Origin: Escherichia coli
Lineage (GTDB): Bacteria; Pseudomonadota; Gammaproteobacteria; Enterobacterales; Enterobacteriaceae
DNA: 64,000 nt
Strand: one strand, 5' to 3'
NCBI RefSeq assembly: GCF_044324875.1
Contig: NZ_CP172185.1
Below the pieces are notes generated by a model. The model did not search any database and had not been told where the DNA came from. It saw only the letters and a program-made list of their open reading frames with translations. Shown piece by piece: positions 45,932-57,093 of the stretch. The first letter of the stretch is position 1, and each line of letters opens with the position of its first letter. Both the position numbers and the translations under genes were made by a program.

Positions 45932-47254
45932 ATGCAAGCCTATTTTGACCAGCTCGATCGCGTTCGTTATGAAGGCTCAAAATCCTCTAACCCGTTAGCA
46001 TTCCATCACTATAATCCCGACGAACTGGTGTTGGGCAAGCGTATGGAAGAGCACTTGCGTTTTGCCGCCTGCTACTGGCACACCTTCTGCTGGAACGGGG
46101 CGGACATGTTTGGTGTGGGGGCGTTTAATCGTCCGTGGCAGCAGCCTGGTGAGGCACTGGCGTTGGCGAAGCGTAAAGCAGATGTCGCATTTGAGTTTTT
46201 CCACAAGTTACATGTGCCATTTTATTGCTTCCACGATGTGGATGTTTCCCCTGAGGGCGCGTCGTTAAAAGAGTACATCAATAATTTTGCGCAAATGGTT
46301 GATGTCCTGGCAGGCAAGCAAGAAGAGAGCGGCGTGAAGCTGCTGTGGGGAACCGCTAACTGCTTTACAAACCCTCGCTACGGCGCGGGTGCGGCGACGA
46401 ACCCAGATCCAGAAGTCTTCAGCTGGGCGGCAACGCAAGTTGTTACAGCGATGGAAGCAACCCATAAATTGGGCGGTGAAAACTATGTCCTGTGGGGCGG
46501 TCGTGAAGGTTACGAAACGTTGTTAAATACCGACTTGCGTCAGGAGCGTGAACAGCTGGGCCGCTTTATGCAAATGGTGGTTGAGCATAAACATAAAATC
46601 GGCTTCCAGGGTACGTTGCTTATCGAACCGAAACCGCAAGAACCGACTAAACATCAATATGATTACGATGCTGCGACGGTGTATGGCTTCCTGAAACAGT
46701 TTGGTCTGGAAAAAGAGATTAAACTGAACATTGAAGCTAACCACGCGACGCTGGCAGGTCACTCTTTCCATCATGAAATAGCCACCGCCATTGCGCTTGG
46801 CCTGTTCGGTTCTGTCGACGCTAACCGTGGCGATGCACAACTGGGCTGGGACACCGACCAGTTCCCGAACAGTGTGGAAGAGAATGCGTTGGTGATGTAT
46901 GAAATTCTCAAAGCAGGCGGTTTCACCACCGGCGGTCTGAACTTCGATGCCAAAGTACGTCGTCAAAGTACTGATAAATATGATCTGTTTTACGGTCATA
47001 TCGGCGCGATGGATACGATGGCGTTGGCGCTGAAAATTGCAGCACGCATGATTGAAGATGGCGAGCTGGATAAACGCATCGCGCAGCGTTATTCCGGCTG
47101 GAATAGCGAATTAGGCCAGCAAATCCTGAAAGGCCAAATGTCACTGGCAGATTTAGCCAAATATGCTCAGGAACACAATTTGTCTCCGGTGCATCAGAGT
47201 GGTCGCCAGGAGCAACTGGAAAATCTGGTAAATCATTATCTGTTCGACAAATAA
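45932..47254 (+). CDS. xylA: Xylose isomerase
   Basis: Track ORF trimmed to ATG 45932 ([18 protein letters not shown]), 440 aa, GGAG SD upstream. Confidence 0.95.
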   Translation: MQAYFDQLDRVRYEGSKSSNPLAFHHYNPDELVLGKRMEEHLRFAACYWHTFCWNGADMFGVGAFNRPWQQPGEALALAKRKADVAFEFFHKLHVPFYCFHDVDVSPEGASLKEYINNFAQMVDVLAGKQEESGVKLLWGTANCFTNPRYGAGAATNPDPEVFSWAATQVVTAMEATHKLGGENYVLWGGREGYETLLNTDLRQEREQLGRFMQMVVEHKHKIGFQGTLLIEPKPQEPTKHQYDYDAATVYGFLKQFGLEKEIKLNIEANHATLAGHSFHHEIATAIALGLFGSVDANRGDAQLGWDTDQFPNSVEENALVMYEILKAGGFTTGGLNFDAKVRRQSTDKYDLFYGHIGAMDTMALALKIAARMIEDGELDKRIAQRYSGWNSELGQQILKGQMSLADLAKYAQEHNLSPVHQSGRQEQLENLVNHYLFDK

Positions 47255-47325
47255 CGGCTAACTGTGCAGTCCGTTGGCCCGGTTATCGGTAGCGATACCG
47301 GGCATTTTTTTAAGGAACGATCGAT

Positions 47326-48780
47326 ATGTATATCGGGATAGATCTTGGCACCTCGGGCGTAAAAGTTATTTTGCTCAACGAGCAGGGTGAGGTGGTTGCT
47401 TCGCAAACGGAAAAGCTGACCGTTTCGCGCCCGCATCCACTCTGGTCGGAACAAGACCCGGAACAGTGGTGGCAGGCAACTGATCGCGCAATGAAAGCCC
47501 TGGGCGATCAGCATTCTCTGCAGGACGTTAAAGCATTGGGTATTGCCGGCCAGATGCACGGTGCAACCTTACTGGATGCCCAGCAACGGTTATTACGCCC
47601 TGCCATTTTGTGGAACGACGGGCGCTGTGCGCAAGAGTGCGCTTTGCTGGAAGCGCGAGTTCCGCAATCGCGGGTGATTACCGGTAACCTGATGATGCCC
47701 GGATTTACTGCGCCTAAATTGCTATGGGTTCAGCGGCATGAGCCGGAGATATTCCGTCAAATCGACAAAGTATTGTTACCGAAAGATTACTTGCGTCTGC
47801 GTATGACGGGGGAGTTTGCCAGCGATATGTCTGACGCAGCTGGCACCATGTGGCTGGATGTCGCAAAGCGTGACTGGAGTGACGACATGCTGCAGGCTTG
47901 CCACTTATCTCGTGACCAGATGCCCGCATTATACGAAGGCAGCGAAATTACTGGTGCTTTGCTACCTGAAGTTGCGAAAGCGTGGGGTATGGCGGCGGTG
48001 CCAGTTGTCGCAGGCGGTGGTGATAATGCAGCTGGTGCGGTTGGTGTAGGAATGGTTGATGCTAATCAGGCAATGTTATCGCTGGGGACGTCGGGAGTCT
48101 ATTTTGCTGTCAGCGAAGGGTTCTTAAGCAAGCCAGAAAGCGCCGTACACAGCTTTTGCCATGCGCTACCGCAGCGTTGGCATTTAATGTCTGTGATGCT
48201 GAGTGCAGCGTCGTGTCTGGATTGGGCTGCGAAATTAACGGGCCTGAACAATGTCCCAGCTTTAATCGCGGCTGCTCAACAGGCTGATGAAAGTGCCGAT
48301 CCAGTTTGGTTTCTGCCTTATCTTTCCGGCGAGCGTACACCACACAATAATCCCCAGGCGAAGGGGGTTTTCTTTGGTTTGACTCATCAACATGGCCCCA
48401 ATGAACTGGCGCGAGCAGTGCTGGAAGGCGTGGGTTATGCGCTGGCAGATGGCATGGATGTCGTGCATGCCTGCGGCATTAAACCGCAAAGTGTTACGTT
48501 GATTGGTGGCGGGGCGCGTAGTGAGTACTGGCGTCAGATGCTGGCGGATATCAGCGGTCAGCAACTCGATTACCGCACGGGGGGGGATGTGGGGCCAGCA
48601 CTGGGCGCAGCAAGGCTGGCGCAGATTGCGGCGAATCCAGAGAAATCGCTCATTGAGTTGTTGCCACAACTGCCGTTAGAACAGTCGCATTTACCAGATG
48701 CGCAGCGTTATGCCGCTTATCAGCCACGACGTGAAACGTTCCGTCGCCTCTATCAGCAACTTCTGCCATTAATGGCGTAA
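47326..48780 (+). CDS. xylB: Xylulokinase
   Basis: 484-aa ORF MYIGIDLGTSGVKVILL, FGGY kinase family. Confidence 0.95.
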   Translation: MYIGIDLGTSGVKVILLNEQGEVVASQTEKLTVSRPHPLWSEQDPEQWWQATDRAMKALGDQHSLQDVKALGIAGQMHGATLLDAQQRLLRPAILWNDGRCAQECALLEARVPQSRVITGNLMMPGFTAPKLLWVQRHEPEIFRQIDKVLLPKDYLRLRMTGEFASDMSDAAGTMWLDVAKRDWSDDMLQACHLSRDQMPALYEGSEITGALLPEVAKAWGMAAVPVVAGGGDNAAGAVGVGMVDANQAMLSLGTSGVYFAVSEGFLSKPESAVHSFCHALPQRWHLMSVMLSAASCLDWAAKLTGLNNVPALIAAAQQADESADPVWFLPYLSGERTPHNNPQAKGVFFGLTHQHGPNELARAVLEGVGYALADGMDVVHACGIKPQSVTLIGGGARSEYWRQMLADISGQQLDYRTGGDVGPALGAARLAQIAANPEKSLIELLPQLPLEQSHLPDAQRYAAYQPRRETFRRLYQQLLPLMA

Positions 48781-48947
48781 ACGTTATCCCCTGCCTGACC
48801 GGGTGGGGATAATTCACATCTATATATCTCAGTAATTAATTAATATTTAGTATGAATTTATTCTGAAAATCATTTGTTAATGGCATTTTTCAGTTTTGTC
48901 TTTCGTTGGTTACTCGTAATGTATCGCTGGTAGATATGGAGATCGTT

Positions 48948-49289
48948 ATGAAAACCTCAAAAACTGTGGCAAAACTATTATTTGTTGTCGGGGCGCTGGT
49001 TTATCTGCTTGGGCTATGGATCTCATGCCCATTGTTAAGTGGAAAAGGCTATTTTCTTGGCGTGTTAATGACAGCAACTTTTGGTAACTATGCATATCTT
49101 CGCGCAGAAAAACTCGGGCAACTGGATAATTTTTTTATCCATATCTGCCAGTTAGTCGCGTTAATCACTATCGGTCTCTTGTTTATCGGTGTTTTAAACG
49201 CACCTATCAATGCTTATGAAATGGTGATCTACCCTATCGCCTTTTTTGTCTGCTTGTTTGGTCAAATGCGTTTGTTTCGCCCGGCATGA
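48948..49289 (+). CDS. yiaB: Inner-membrane protein YiaB
   Basis: 113 aa from ATG 48948 (MKTSKTVAKLLFVVGALVYLLGLW). Confidence 0.8.
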   Translation: MKTSKTVAKLLFVVGALVYLLGLWISCPLLSGKGYFLGVLMTATFGNYAYLRAEKLGQLDNFFIHICQLVALITIGLLFIGVLNAPINAYEMVIYPIAFFVCLFGQMRLFRPA

Positions 49290-49334
49290 GCAACATAAAG
49301 CTCTTACACATTCAGGAATGAAAGGAATGCTGTG

Positions 49335-49772
49335 ATGGACAACAAAATATCAACCTATTCTCCGGCATTCAGTATTGTGTCATGGATAGCTCTCGTTGGT
49401 GGTATCGTTACCTATCTGTTAGGGCTATGGAATGCAGAGATGCAGTTAAATGAAAAAGGATATTATTTTGCTGTACTGGTATTAGGACTGTTTTCTGCGG
49501 CGTCTTATCAAAAGACCGTTCGGGACAAGTATGAAGGCATACCGACCACCTCCATTTATTATATGACCTGCCTGACTGTCTTTATTATCTCTGTTGCGTT
49601 ACTGATGGTAGGTCTGTGGAATGCGACGTTATTACTCAGCGAGAAAGGTTTTTATGGACTGGCTTTCTTCTTAAGCTTGTTTGGTGCAGTAGCGGTGCAG
49701 AAGAATATTCGTGATGCCGGAATAAACCCACCAAAAGAAACACAGGTTACCCAGGAAGAATACAGCGAATAA
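49335..49772 (+). CDS. yiaA: Inner-membrane protein YiaA (YiaB paralog)
   Basis: 145 aa from ATG 49335; shares the repeated LLGLWN...EKGYY motif with YiaB. Confidence 0.8.
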
Positions 49773-49813
49773 TTCACATAAGCCCGGTCAGTCCAATGTG
49801 ACCGGGCTTTTAT

Positions 49814-50809
49814 TTAACTCACTAGTCTGTTTCTGTCGATTCGTTGTACCAGCATAGAAAGTAATAAACTCGCTGCCAACGTCGCGCAAAAGATCCAAAT
49901 AATATCGAGTATTGGCCAGTTTTTAAGCTCAATCCCCCGGGTGCGCAGTGCATGGATAATCAAGGCGTGGAACCCGTATATGCCCAACGAATGGCGGGAG
50001 ATTAAGCCAAGTCCGCGAACGGTACGCGTATCAAGCGTGTTTTTAACCAGAGTCAATAGCGTGATTGCGCAGATAAAAACCATCGGCCCACAGTAAAGAT
50101 ACCAGGTATCGGCAAAATTTCCGCGCCACTGCAATTCATATAATGTCCCGCGAGAGATAATAAAAACCCCCGTCGCAAACAGTGCGGCGCTCCCCCACGA
50201 CAGTGCTTTATGCTGTGTGTCCATCATCCCTATAGCGCGGCCCAACATGCCATAAAGGATGTAGTAAAAAGTATCGCCATTGATATATAAGTTAATTGGC
50301 AGCCATTCAAAACCGTCAATTTTCTGCGGCACTGTGTTTGGGTTAGCGATAATACCAATCACCACCATTAGCACCAGCAACATTTTTCCGCCGACGTTCT
50401 TCACCTGAATCAGCGGTGAAACCAGATAAATCACCGCAATCGCGAAGAAAAACCATAAGTGGTAAAACACTGGCTTTTGCAGCAGGTTTTTCAGCGCTAA
50501 CTCCACATTGATGGAGGTAAACAGCGCAATGTAGAGCAGTGCGATTGCGCTATAAAAAAGCAGACATAAGCCGATACGCAAGAAATGGCGCGGCTGGGCG
50601 CTGCGTTCGCCAAAAAAGGGATAGCCGGAAATCATGAAAAATAGCGGCACGCTGACACGAGAGGCAGAATTCAGAACATTGGCGATATCCCATGTGACGG
50701 GGCTAACACTATGAGCATTGGTCACATACCAGGTAGTGGTGTGAATCATCACCACCATTAAACACGCTATCCCTCGCAGGTTATCAATCCAGTAAATTTT
50801 GGGCTGCAT
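49814..50809 (-). CDS. wecH: Acyltransferase-3 family O-acetyltransferase
   Basis: 331-aa polytopic [27 protein letters not shown]. Confidence 0.85.
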   Translation of the reverse strand: MQPKIYWIDNLRGIACLMVVMIHTTTWYVTNAHSVSPVTWDIANVLNSASRVSVPLFFMISGYPFFGERSAQPRHFLRIGLCLLFYSAIALLYIALFTSINVELALKNLLQKPVFYHLWFFFAIAVIYLVSPLIQVKNVGGKMLLVLMVVIGIIANPNTVPQKIDGFEWLPINLYINGDTFYYILYGMLGRAIGMMDTQHKALSWGSAALFATGVFIISRGTLYELQWRGNFADTWYLYCGPMVFICAITLLTLVKNTLDTRTVRGLGLISRHSLGIYGFHALIIHALRTRGIELKNWPILDIIWIFCATLAASLLLSMLVQRIDRNRLVS

Positions 50810-50983
50810 CTGTGTCTCTGTATCTGGTTAAAAAAAGTCTGACCGATAAATCATTCGGTTGGCGCACTGGAATAATCTGAGTTTTATCACTACAGCTTAT
50901 AGAGGCTTAAGGAAATTCGTAAGATATCAGCCACTATACCGATATAAATAATAAGACTCACCTGCAAACCAGACGGTAATTTA

Positions 50984-51292
50984 ATGATGATGAACTCTTT
51001 CTTTCCGGCAATGGCGCTTATGGTGCTTATGGCGCTAGTGGGTTGTTCTACACCGCCACCCGTGCAGAAAGCACAACGGGTAAAGGTTGATCCTCTGCGT
51101 TCGTTGAATATGGAAGCGTTATGCAAGGATCAGGCGGCGAAACGTTATAACACCGGCGAGCAAAAAATCGACGTCACCGCATTTGAACAGTTCCAGGGAA
51201 GCTACGAAATGCGCGGTTATACCTTCCGTAAAGAGCAGTTTGTCTGTTCTTTTGACGCAGATGGCCATTTTTTGCATCTTTCCATGCGTTAA
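50984..51292 (+). CDS. ysaB: Small lipoprotein YsaB
   Basis: About 100 aa with signal peptide and lipobox LVGCS. Confidence 0.7.
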   Translation: MMMNSFFPAMALMVLMALVGCSTPPPVQKAQRVKVDPLRSLNMEALCKDQAAKRYNTGEQKIDVTAFEQFQGSYEMRGYTFRKEQFVCSFDADGHFLHLSMR

Positions 51293-51386
51293 GCCCTGCT
51301 TTTTCCCGTTTCGTACTGTATATCTTCCATCCAGCGGGTATACTGATCCCTTCCTTTAAATCCACACGTATCCAGCACGAAATAAT

Positions 51387-52298
51387 ATGCAAAAGTTTGA
51401 TACCAGGACCTTCCAGGGCTTGATCCTGACCTTACAGGATTACTGGGCTCGCCAGGGCTGCACCATTGTTCAACCATTGGACATGGAAGTCGGCGCGGGA
51501 ACCTCTCACCCAATGACCTGTCTGCGCGCGCTGGGGCCAGAACCGATGGCGGCTGCTTATGTTCAGCCTTCTCGTCGCCCGACCGATGGTCGCTACGGCG
51601 AAAACCCCAACCGTTTACAGCACTACTATCAGTTCCAGGTGGTCATTAAGCCATCGCCGGACAATATTCAGGAGCTGTACCTTGGTTCTCTGAAAGAGCT
51701 GGGCATGGACCCGACCATCCACGACATCCGTTTCGTGGAAGATAACTGGGAAAACCCGACGCTGGGTGCCTGGGGGCTGGGCTGGGAAGTGTGGCTGAAC
51801 GGCATGGAAGTGACGCAGTTCACTTACTTCCAGCAGGTTGGTGGTCTGGAGTGTAAACCGGTTACCGGCGAGATCACCTACGGTCTGGAACGTCTGGCAA
51901 TGTACATTCAGGGCGTAGACAGCGTTTACGACCTGGTCTGGAGCGACGGCCCGCTGGGTAAAACCACCTACGGCGACGTGTTCCATCAGAACGAAGTGGA
52001 GCAGTCCACTTACAACTTCGAATACGCGGATGTGGACTTCCTGTTCACCTGCTTTGAGCAGTACGAGAAAGAAGCGCAGCAGCTGCTGGCGCTGGAAAAT
52101 CCGCTGCCGTTGCCAGCCTACGAACGTATTCTGAAAGCCGCCCACAGCTTCAACCTGCTGGATGCGCGTAAAGCCATCTCCGTCACCGAGCGTCAGCGCT
52201 ATATTCTGCGCATTCGCACCCTGACCAAAGCAGTGGCAGAAGCATACTACGCTTCCCGTGAAGCCCTCGGCTTCCCGATGTGCAACAAAGATAAGTAA
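51387..52298 (+). CDS. glyQ: Glycine--tRNA ligase alpha subunit
   Basis: 303-aa [28 protein letters not shown]. Confidence 0.95.
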
Positions 52299-52307
52299 GA
52301 GGCGGCT

Positions 52308-54377
52308 ATGTCTGAGAAAACTTTTCTGGTGGAAATCGGCACTGAAGAGCTGCCACCAAAAGCACTGCGCAGCCTGGCTGAGTCCTTTGCTGCGAACTTT
52401 ACTGCGGAGCTGGATAACGCTGGCCTCGCACACGGCACCGTTCAATGGTTTGCTGCTCCGCGTCGTCTGGCGCTGAAAGTAGCTAACCTGGCGGAAGCGC
52501 AACCGGATCGTGAAATCGAAAAACGCGGCCCGGCGATTGCCCAGGCGTTCGACGCTGAAGGCAAACCGAGCAAAGCGGCAGAAGGCTGGGCGCGTGGTTG
52601 CGGTATTACCGTTGACCAGGCTGAGCGTCTGACTACCGATAAAGGTGAATGGCTGCTGTATCGCGCCCACGTGAAGGGCGAAAGCACCGAAGCACTGCTG
52701 CCGAATATGGTTGCGACTTCGCTGGCGAAACTGCCGATCCCGAAACTGATGCGCTGGGGTGCAAGCGACGTGCACTTCGTGCGTCCGGTGCACACCGTGA
52801 CCCTGCTGCTGGGCGACAAAGTTATTCCGGCTACCATTCTGGGCATTCAGTCCGATCGCGTGATTCGCGGCCACCGCTTTATGGGCGAGCCGGAATTCAC
52901 TATCGACAATGCCGATCAATACCCGGAAATTCTGCGTGAGCGCGGGAAAGTCATCGCCGATTACGAAGAACGTAAGGCGAAGATTAAAGCCGATGCCGAA
53001 GAAGCGGCGCGTAAGATTGGCGGTAACGCTGACTTAAGCGAAAGCCTGTTGGAAGAAGTCGCTTCGCTGGTGGAATGGCCGGTTGTGCTGACCGCAAAAT
53101 TCGAAGAGAAATTCCTCGCGGTGCCGTCTGAAGCGCTGGTTTACACCATGAAAGGTGACCAGAAGTACTTCCCGGTGTATGCGAACGACGGCAAACTGCT
53201 GCCGAACTTTATCTTCGTTGCCAACATCGAATCGAAAGATCCGCAGCAAATTATCTCTGGTAACGAGAAAGTCGTTCGTCCACGTCTGGCGGATGCCGAG
53301 TTCTTCTTCAACACCGACCGTAAAAAACGTCTGGAAGATAACCTGCCGCGCCTGCAAACCGTGCTGTTCCAGCAACAGCTGGGTACGCTGCGTGACAAGA
53401 CTGACCGCATCCAGGCGCTGGCTGGCTGGATTGCTGAACAGATTGGTGCAGACGTTAACCACGCAACCCGTGCGGGCCTGCTGTCTAAGTGTGACCTGAT
53501 GACCAACATGGTCTTCGAGTTCACCGACACCCAGGGCGTTATGGGGATGCACTACGCGCGTCACGATGGCGAAGCGGAAGATGTGGCAGTGGCGCTGAAC
53601 GAGCAGTATCAGCCGCGCTTTGCCGGTGATGACCTGCCGTCTAACCCGATAGCCTGTGCGCTGGCGATTGCTGACAAGATGGACACCCTGGCGGGTATCT
53701 TCGGTATCGGTCAGCATCCAAAAGGCGACAAAGACCCGTTTGCGCTGCGTCGTGCCGCACTTGGCGTGCTGCGTATTATCGTTGAGAAGAACCTCAACCT
53801 TGATCTGCAAACGCTGACCGAAGAAGCAGTGCGTCTGTATGGCGATAAGCTGACTAATGCCAACGTGGTTGATGATGTTATCGACTTTATGCTTGGTCGC
53901 TTCCGCGCCTGGTATCAGGACGAAGGTTACACCGTTGACACCATCCAGGCGGTACTGGCACGTCGTCCGACTCGTCCGGCTGATTTCGATGCCCGAATGA
54001 AAGCGGTATCGCACTTCCGTACCCTGGAAGCAGCTGCAGCACTGGCGGCGGCGAACAAGCGTGTATCTAACATTCTGGCGAAGTCTGATGAAGTGCTGAG
54101 CGATCGCGTGAATGCTTCTACTCTGAAAGAGCCGGAAGAAATTAAACTGGCGATGCAGGTGGTTGTGCTGCGCGATAAACTGGAGCCGTACTTCGCCGAA
54201 GGTCGTTACCAGGACGCGCTGGTCGAACTGGCTGAATTGCGTGAACCGGTTGATGCCTTCTTCGATAAAGTGATGGTCATGGTTGATGACAAAGAATTGC
54301 GAATCAACCGTCTTACCATGCTGGAGAAACTGCGCGAATTATTCCTGCGCGTTGCGGATATTTCGCTGTTACAGTAA
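52308..54377 (+). CDS. glyS: Glycine--tRNA ligase beta subunit
   Basis: 689-aa [23 protein letters not shown]. Confidence 0.95.
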   Translation: MSEKTFLVEIGTEELPPKALRSLAESFAANFTAELDNAGLAHGTVQWFAAPRRLALKVANLAEAQPDREIEKRGPAIAQAFDAEGKPSKAAEGWARGCGITVDQAERLTTDKGEWLLYRAHVKGESTEALLPNMVATSLAKLPIPKLMRWGASDVHFVRPVHTVTLLLGDKVIPATILGIQSDRVIRGHRFMGEPEFTIDNADQYPEILRERGKVIADYEERKAKIKADAEEAARKIGGNADLSESLLEEVASLVEWPVVLTAKFEEKFLAVPSEALVYTMKGDQKYFPVYANDGKLLPNFIFVANIESKDPQQIISGNEKVVRPRLADAEFFFNTDRKKRLEDNLPRLQTVLFQQQLGTLRDKTDRIQALAGWIAEQIGADVNHATRAGLLSKCDLMTNMVFEFTDTQGVMGMHYARHDGEAEDVAVALNEQYQPRFAGDDLPSNPIACALAIADKMDTLAGIFGIGQHPKGDKDPFALRRAALGVLRIIVEKNLNLDLQTLTEEAVRLYGDKLTNANVVDDVIDFMLGRFRAWYQDEGYTVDTIQAVLARRPTRPADFDARMKAVSHFRTLEAAAALAAANKRVSNILAKSDEVLSDRVNASTLKEPEEIKLAMQVVVLRDKLEPYFAEGRYQDALVELAELREPVDAFFDKVMVMVDDKELRINRLTMLEKLRELFLRVADISLLQ

Positions 54378-54394
54378 TAACGCCGTTATTAAAA

Positions 54395-54421
54395 AGCCTG
54401 CCATCTGGCAGGCTTTTTTAT
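54395..54421 (+). terminator. Rho-independent terminator of glyQS
   Basis: Stem agcctgcc / ggcaggct, loop atct, followed by tttttt. Confidence 0.6.
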
Positions 54422-54673
54422 CGCTAAATAATAGAGCAACCTTTAATAATCTTCTGCTGAATAAAGATTGTCTCATATATTAATTTTATGAGATTTTTTT
54501 AGGATTATATCAAGGAGAAGAAACGAACTTATTAAGCTAGAATAGCCACGGGTGCTTGAGACTGTTTGTCTCAGGTATTCACCGAAAGGCAGACAGAGAA
54601 AAGCCCCACCTGACTATAAATCAAAGTGTACTGCACCCATTTTGTTGGACGATGAAATGGAATAGCCCCTGAT

Positions 54674-55195
54674 ATGTCAAAGCCAAAATACCCTTTTGAA
54701 AAGCGCCTTGAAGTCGTGAATCACTACTTCACTACTGATGATGGTTACAGGATCATCTCGGCACGTTTTGGTGTCCCCCGAACCCAGGTCAGGACATGGG
54801 TTGCCCTCTATGAAAAACATGGAGAAAAAGGTTTAATTCCCAAACCTAAAGGTGTTAGTGCTGATCCTGAGTTGCGTATTAAGGTCGTGAAAGCTGTGAT
54901 CGAGCAGCACATGTCCCTTAATCAGGCTGCTGCTCACTTTATGCTTGCTGGTAGTGGTTCTGTAGCCAGGTGGCTGAAGGTTTATGAAGAGCGCGGAGAA
55001 GCTGGTTTACGCGCGCTCAAGATTGGCACCAAAAGAAACATTGCAATATCAGTTGATCCAGAAAAAGCGGCATCAGCATTGGAGCTGTCAAAAGACCGAC
55101 GCATTGAGGATCTTGAAAGGCAAGTTCGATTTCTTGAAACGCGGCTTGTGTATCTAAAAAAGCTGAAAGCCTTAGCTCATCCCACGAAAAAGTGA
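54674..55195 (+). CDS. insJ: IS150 transposase OrfA (HTH)
   Basis: 173-aa ORF MSKPKYPFEKRLEVVNHYF...; slippery heptamer A-AAA-AAG at 55156-55162 in frame near its 3-prime end. Confidence 0.9.
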   Translation: MSKPKYPFEKRLEVVNHYFTTDDGYRIISARFGVPRTQVRTWVALYEKHGEKGLIPKPKGVSADPELRIKVVKAVIEQHMSLNQAAAHFMLAGSGSVARWLKVYEERGEAGLRALKIGTKRNIAISVDPEKAASALELSKDRRIEDLERQVRFLETRLVYLKKLKALAHPTKK

Positions 55196-56043
55196 AAGTA
55201 CTCAACGAGCTAAGGCAGTTTTATCCTCTTGATGAGCTTCTCAGGGCTGCGGAGATACCGCGCAGTACGTTTTATTACCATCTAAAGGCTCTCAGCAAGC
55301 CTGACAAGTATGCGGACGTTAAAAAGCGTATTGGTGAGATTTATCATGAGAATAGAGGCCGATACGGATACCGTAGGGTAACGCTGTCTCTTCATCGAGA
55401 AGGGAAACAGATTAACCATAAAGCTGTTCAGCGCCTGATGGGAACCCTCTCACTTAAGGCAGCGATTAAGGTCAAGCGATACCGCTCTTACAGAGGAGAG
55501 GTAGGGCAAACCGCCCCCAATGTTCTCCAAAGAGATTTCAAGGCTACGCGGCCAAACGAGAAGTGGGTTACCGATGTTACTGAATTTGCAGTCAATGGGC
55601 GCAAGCTGTATTTGTCTCCAGTAATAGATCTCTTCAACAACGAAGTTATTTCTTACAGCCTTTCGGAAAGACCAGTGATGAACATGGTCGAGAATATGCT
55701 CGATCAGGCATTCAAAAAGCTTAATCCTCACGAGCATCCTGTTCTGCACTCTGACCAGGGATGGCAGTATCGTATGAGAAGATATCAAAATATCCTTAAA
55801 GAATATGGTATTAAACAAAGCATGTCCAGAAAAGGCAATTGTCTGGATAATGCTGTGGTGGAGTGTTTCTTTGGAACCTTAAAATCGGAGTGTTTTTATC
55901 TTGATGAGTTCAGTAATATAAGCGAACTGAAGGATGCTGTTACGGAATATATTGAATACTACAACAGCAGAAGAATTAGCCTGAAATTAAAAGGTCTGAC
56001 TCCAATTGAATATCGGAATCAGACCTATATGCCTCGTGTTTAA
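55192..56043 (+). CDS. insK: IS150 transposase OrfB (DDE integrase core), expressed by -1 frameshift fusion with OrfA
   Basis: 283-aa ORF in the -1 frame relative to insJ; DDE/rve motifs ([19 protein letters not shown]). Confidence 0.9.
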   Translation: MKVLNELRQFYPLDELLRAAEIPRSTFYYHLKALSKPDKYADVKKRIGEIYHENRGRYGYRRVTLSLHREGKQINHKAVQRLMGTLSLKAAIKVKRYRSYRGEVGQTAPNVLQRDFKATRPNEKWVTDVTEFAVNGRKLYLSPVIDLFNNEVISYSLSERPVMNMVENMLDQAFKKLNPHEHPVLHSDQGWQYRMRRYQNILKEYGIKQSMSRKGNCLDNAVVECFFGTLKSECFYLDEFSNISELKDAVTEYIEYYNSRRISLKLKGLTPIEYRNQTYMPRV

Positions 56044-56144
56044 CTGTCCAACTTTTTGGGGTCAGTACAAAGTGAGGCCCCTCTATGCATAGACACCATA
56101 AGGTTAGCCTCTTACTCGTTGGAAATCAACACAGGAGGCTGGGA

Positions 56145-56297
56145 ATGCCGCAGAAATATAGATTACTTTCTTTAATAGTGATTTGTTTCACGCTTTTATT
56201 TTTCACCTGGATGGTAAGAGATTCACTGTGTGAATTGCATATTAAACAGGGAAGTTATGAGCTGGCGGCATTTTTAGCCTGCAATTTGAAAGAGTAA
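56145..56297 (+). CDS. hokA: Hok-family small toxic membrane peptide
   Basis: 50 aa MPQKYRLLSLIVICFTLLFFTWMVRDSLCELHIKQGSYELAAFLACNLKE after AGGAGG SD; an in-frame upstream ATG at 56085 gives a 70-codon mok-like ORF. Confidence 0.8.
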   Translation: MPQKYRLLSLIVICFTLLFFTWMVRDSLCELHIKQGSYELAAFLACNLKE

Positions 56298-56455
56298 GAG
56301 TCTTCGGCGGGAAGTTATTCCCGCCTTTCTTACGGTGTTGGGTATTCTCAATGCACCCTAATTTATTTCTTTAATGAATGTTTTTTTTAAAAATACGAAT
56401 GGATTTGGCTATTAGATAAGTTTTTAATCGGGAACAGGAATGGTTCGGAGCCTTC

Positions 56456-56827
56456 ATGAATAAACTGCTTTTACTGTTGATAATGCTCTATCAACGACAT
56501 CTTTCTCCTCGCAAAGGATACCGCTGTGCTTACAGTGTGTTGTACCAAACGCAGGGATGTTCGGGAGCAGTCAAAGAGATTATTCAACAGAAAGGTGTTA
56601 TTGCAGGCTGGGGCGAGATACGTCAGCGTTTTGCAGATTGCCGACTTGCGGCACAGACAATCAGGCAGAAGCAACACCTGAACGAGGTAATACGTAAAAA
56701 GAAGAATAATAATTGTGATTGTTCCGGGTGCGATGGTGCGGTCTGTCGTGATTGCGACATTCCGGTGCCGGATCTGGATTGTTCCTGGGACTGTTCTTCT
56801 CTACATATAAAGCGTTTTTTCCAATAA
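56456..56827 (+). CDS. YidD-like (DUF37/hemolytic domain) protein with Cys-rich C-terminal tail
   Basis: 123-aa ORF; N-terminal LYQRHLSP...C...KGVIAGWGEIRQRFADC resembles the YidD family pattern; C-terminal CDCSGCDGAVCRDCD cluster. Confidence 0.5.
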   Translation: MNKLLLLLIMLYQRHLSPRKGYRCAYSVLYQTQGCSGAVKEIIQQKGVIAGWGEIRQRFADCRLAAQTIRQKQHLNEVIRKKKNNNCDCSGCDGAVCRDCDIPVPDLDCSWDCSSLHIKRFFQ

Positions 56828-56852
56828 AAAAATCCCCGCCAAATGGCAGGGA
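56826..56852 (-). terminator. Rho-independent terminator of cspA
   Basis: On the minus strand: stem tccctgcc / ggcgggga followed by ttttttt, about 30 nt after the cspA stop. Confidence 0.55.
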
Positions 56853-56880
56853 TCTTAGATTCTGTGCTTTTAAGCAGAGA

Positions 56881-57093
56881 TTACAGGCTGGTTACGTTAC
56901 CAGCTGCCGGGCCTTTAGCGCCGCTTTCGATGGTGAAGGACACTTTCTGACCTTCGTCCAGAGATTTGTAACCATCGTTCTGGATAGCAGAGAAGTGTAC
57001 GAACACGTCTTTAGAGCCATCGTCAGGAGTGATGAAGCCGAAGCCTTTGTCAGCGTTGAACCATTTTACGATACCAGTCATTTTACCGGACAT
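56881..57093 (-). CDS. cspA: Major cold-shock protein CspA
   Basis: 70 aa [38 protein letters not shown] with RNP1/RNP2 motifs. Confidence 0.95.

Larger units (their letters stand above)
54627..56069 (+). mobile_element. IS150 (IS3 family), complete 1443-bp copy with 3-bp target-site duplication
   Basis: Imperfect terminal inverted repeats tgtactgcacccattttgttggac (left) and gtccaactttttggggtcagtaca (right); flanking direct repeat AAG at 54624-54626 and 56070-56072; two overlapping transposase ORFs. Confidence 0.9.

Noticed and set aside
51615-54014. Long minus-strand ORFs 51615-52919 (434 aa) and 53034-54014 (326 aa)
   Set aside because: Antisense to glyQ and glyS; compositional artefacts of GC-rich third positions in highly expressed genes
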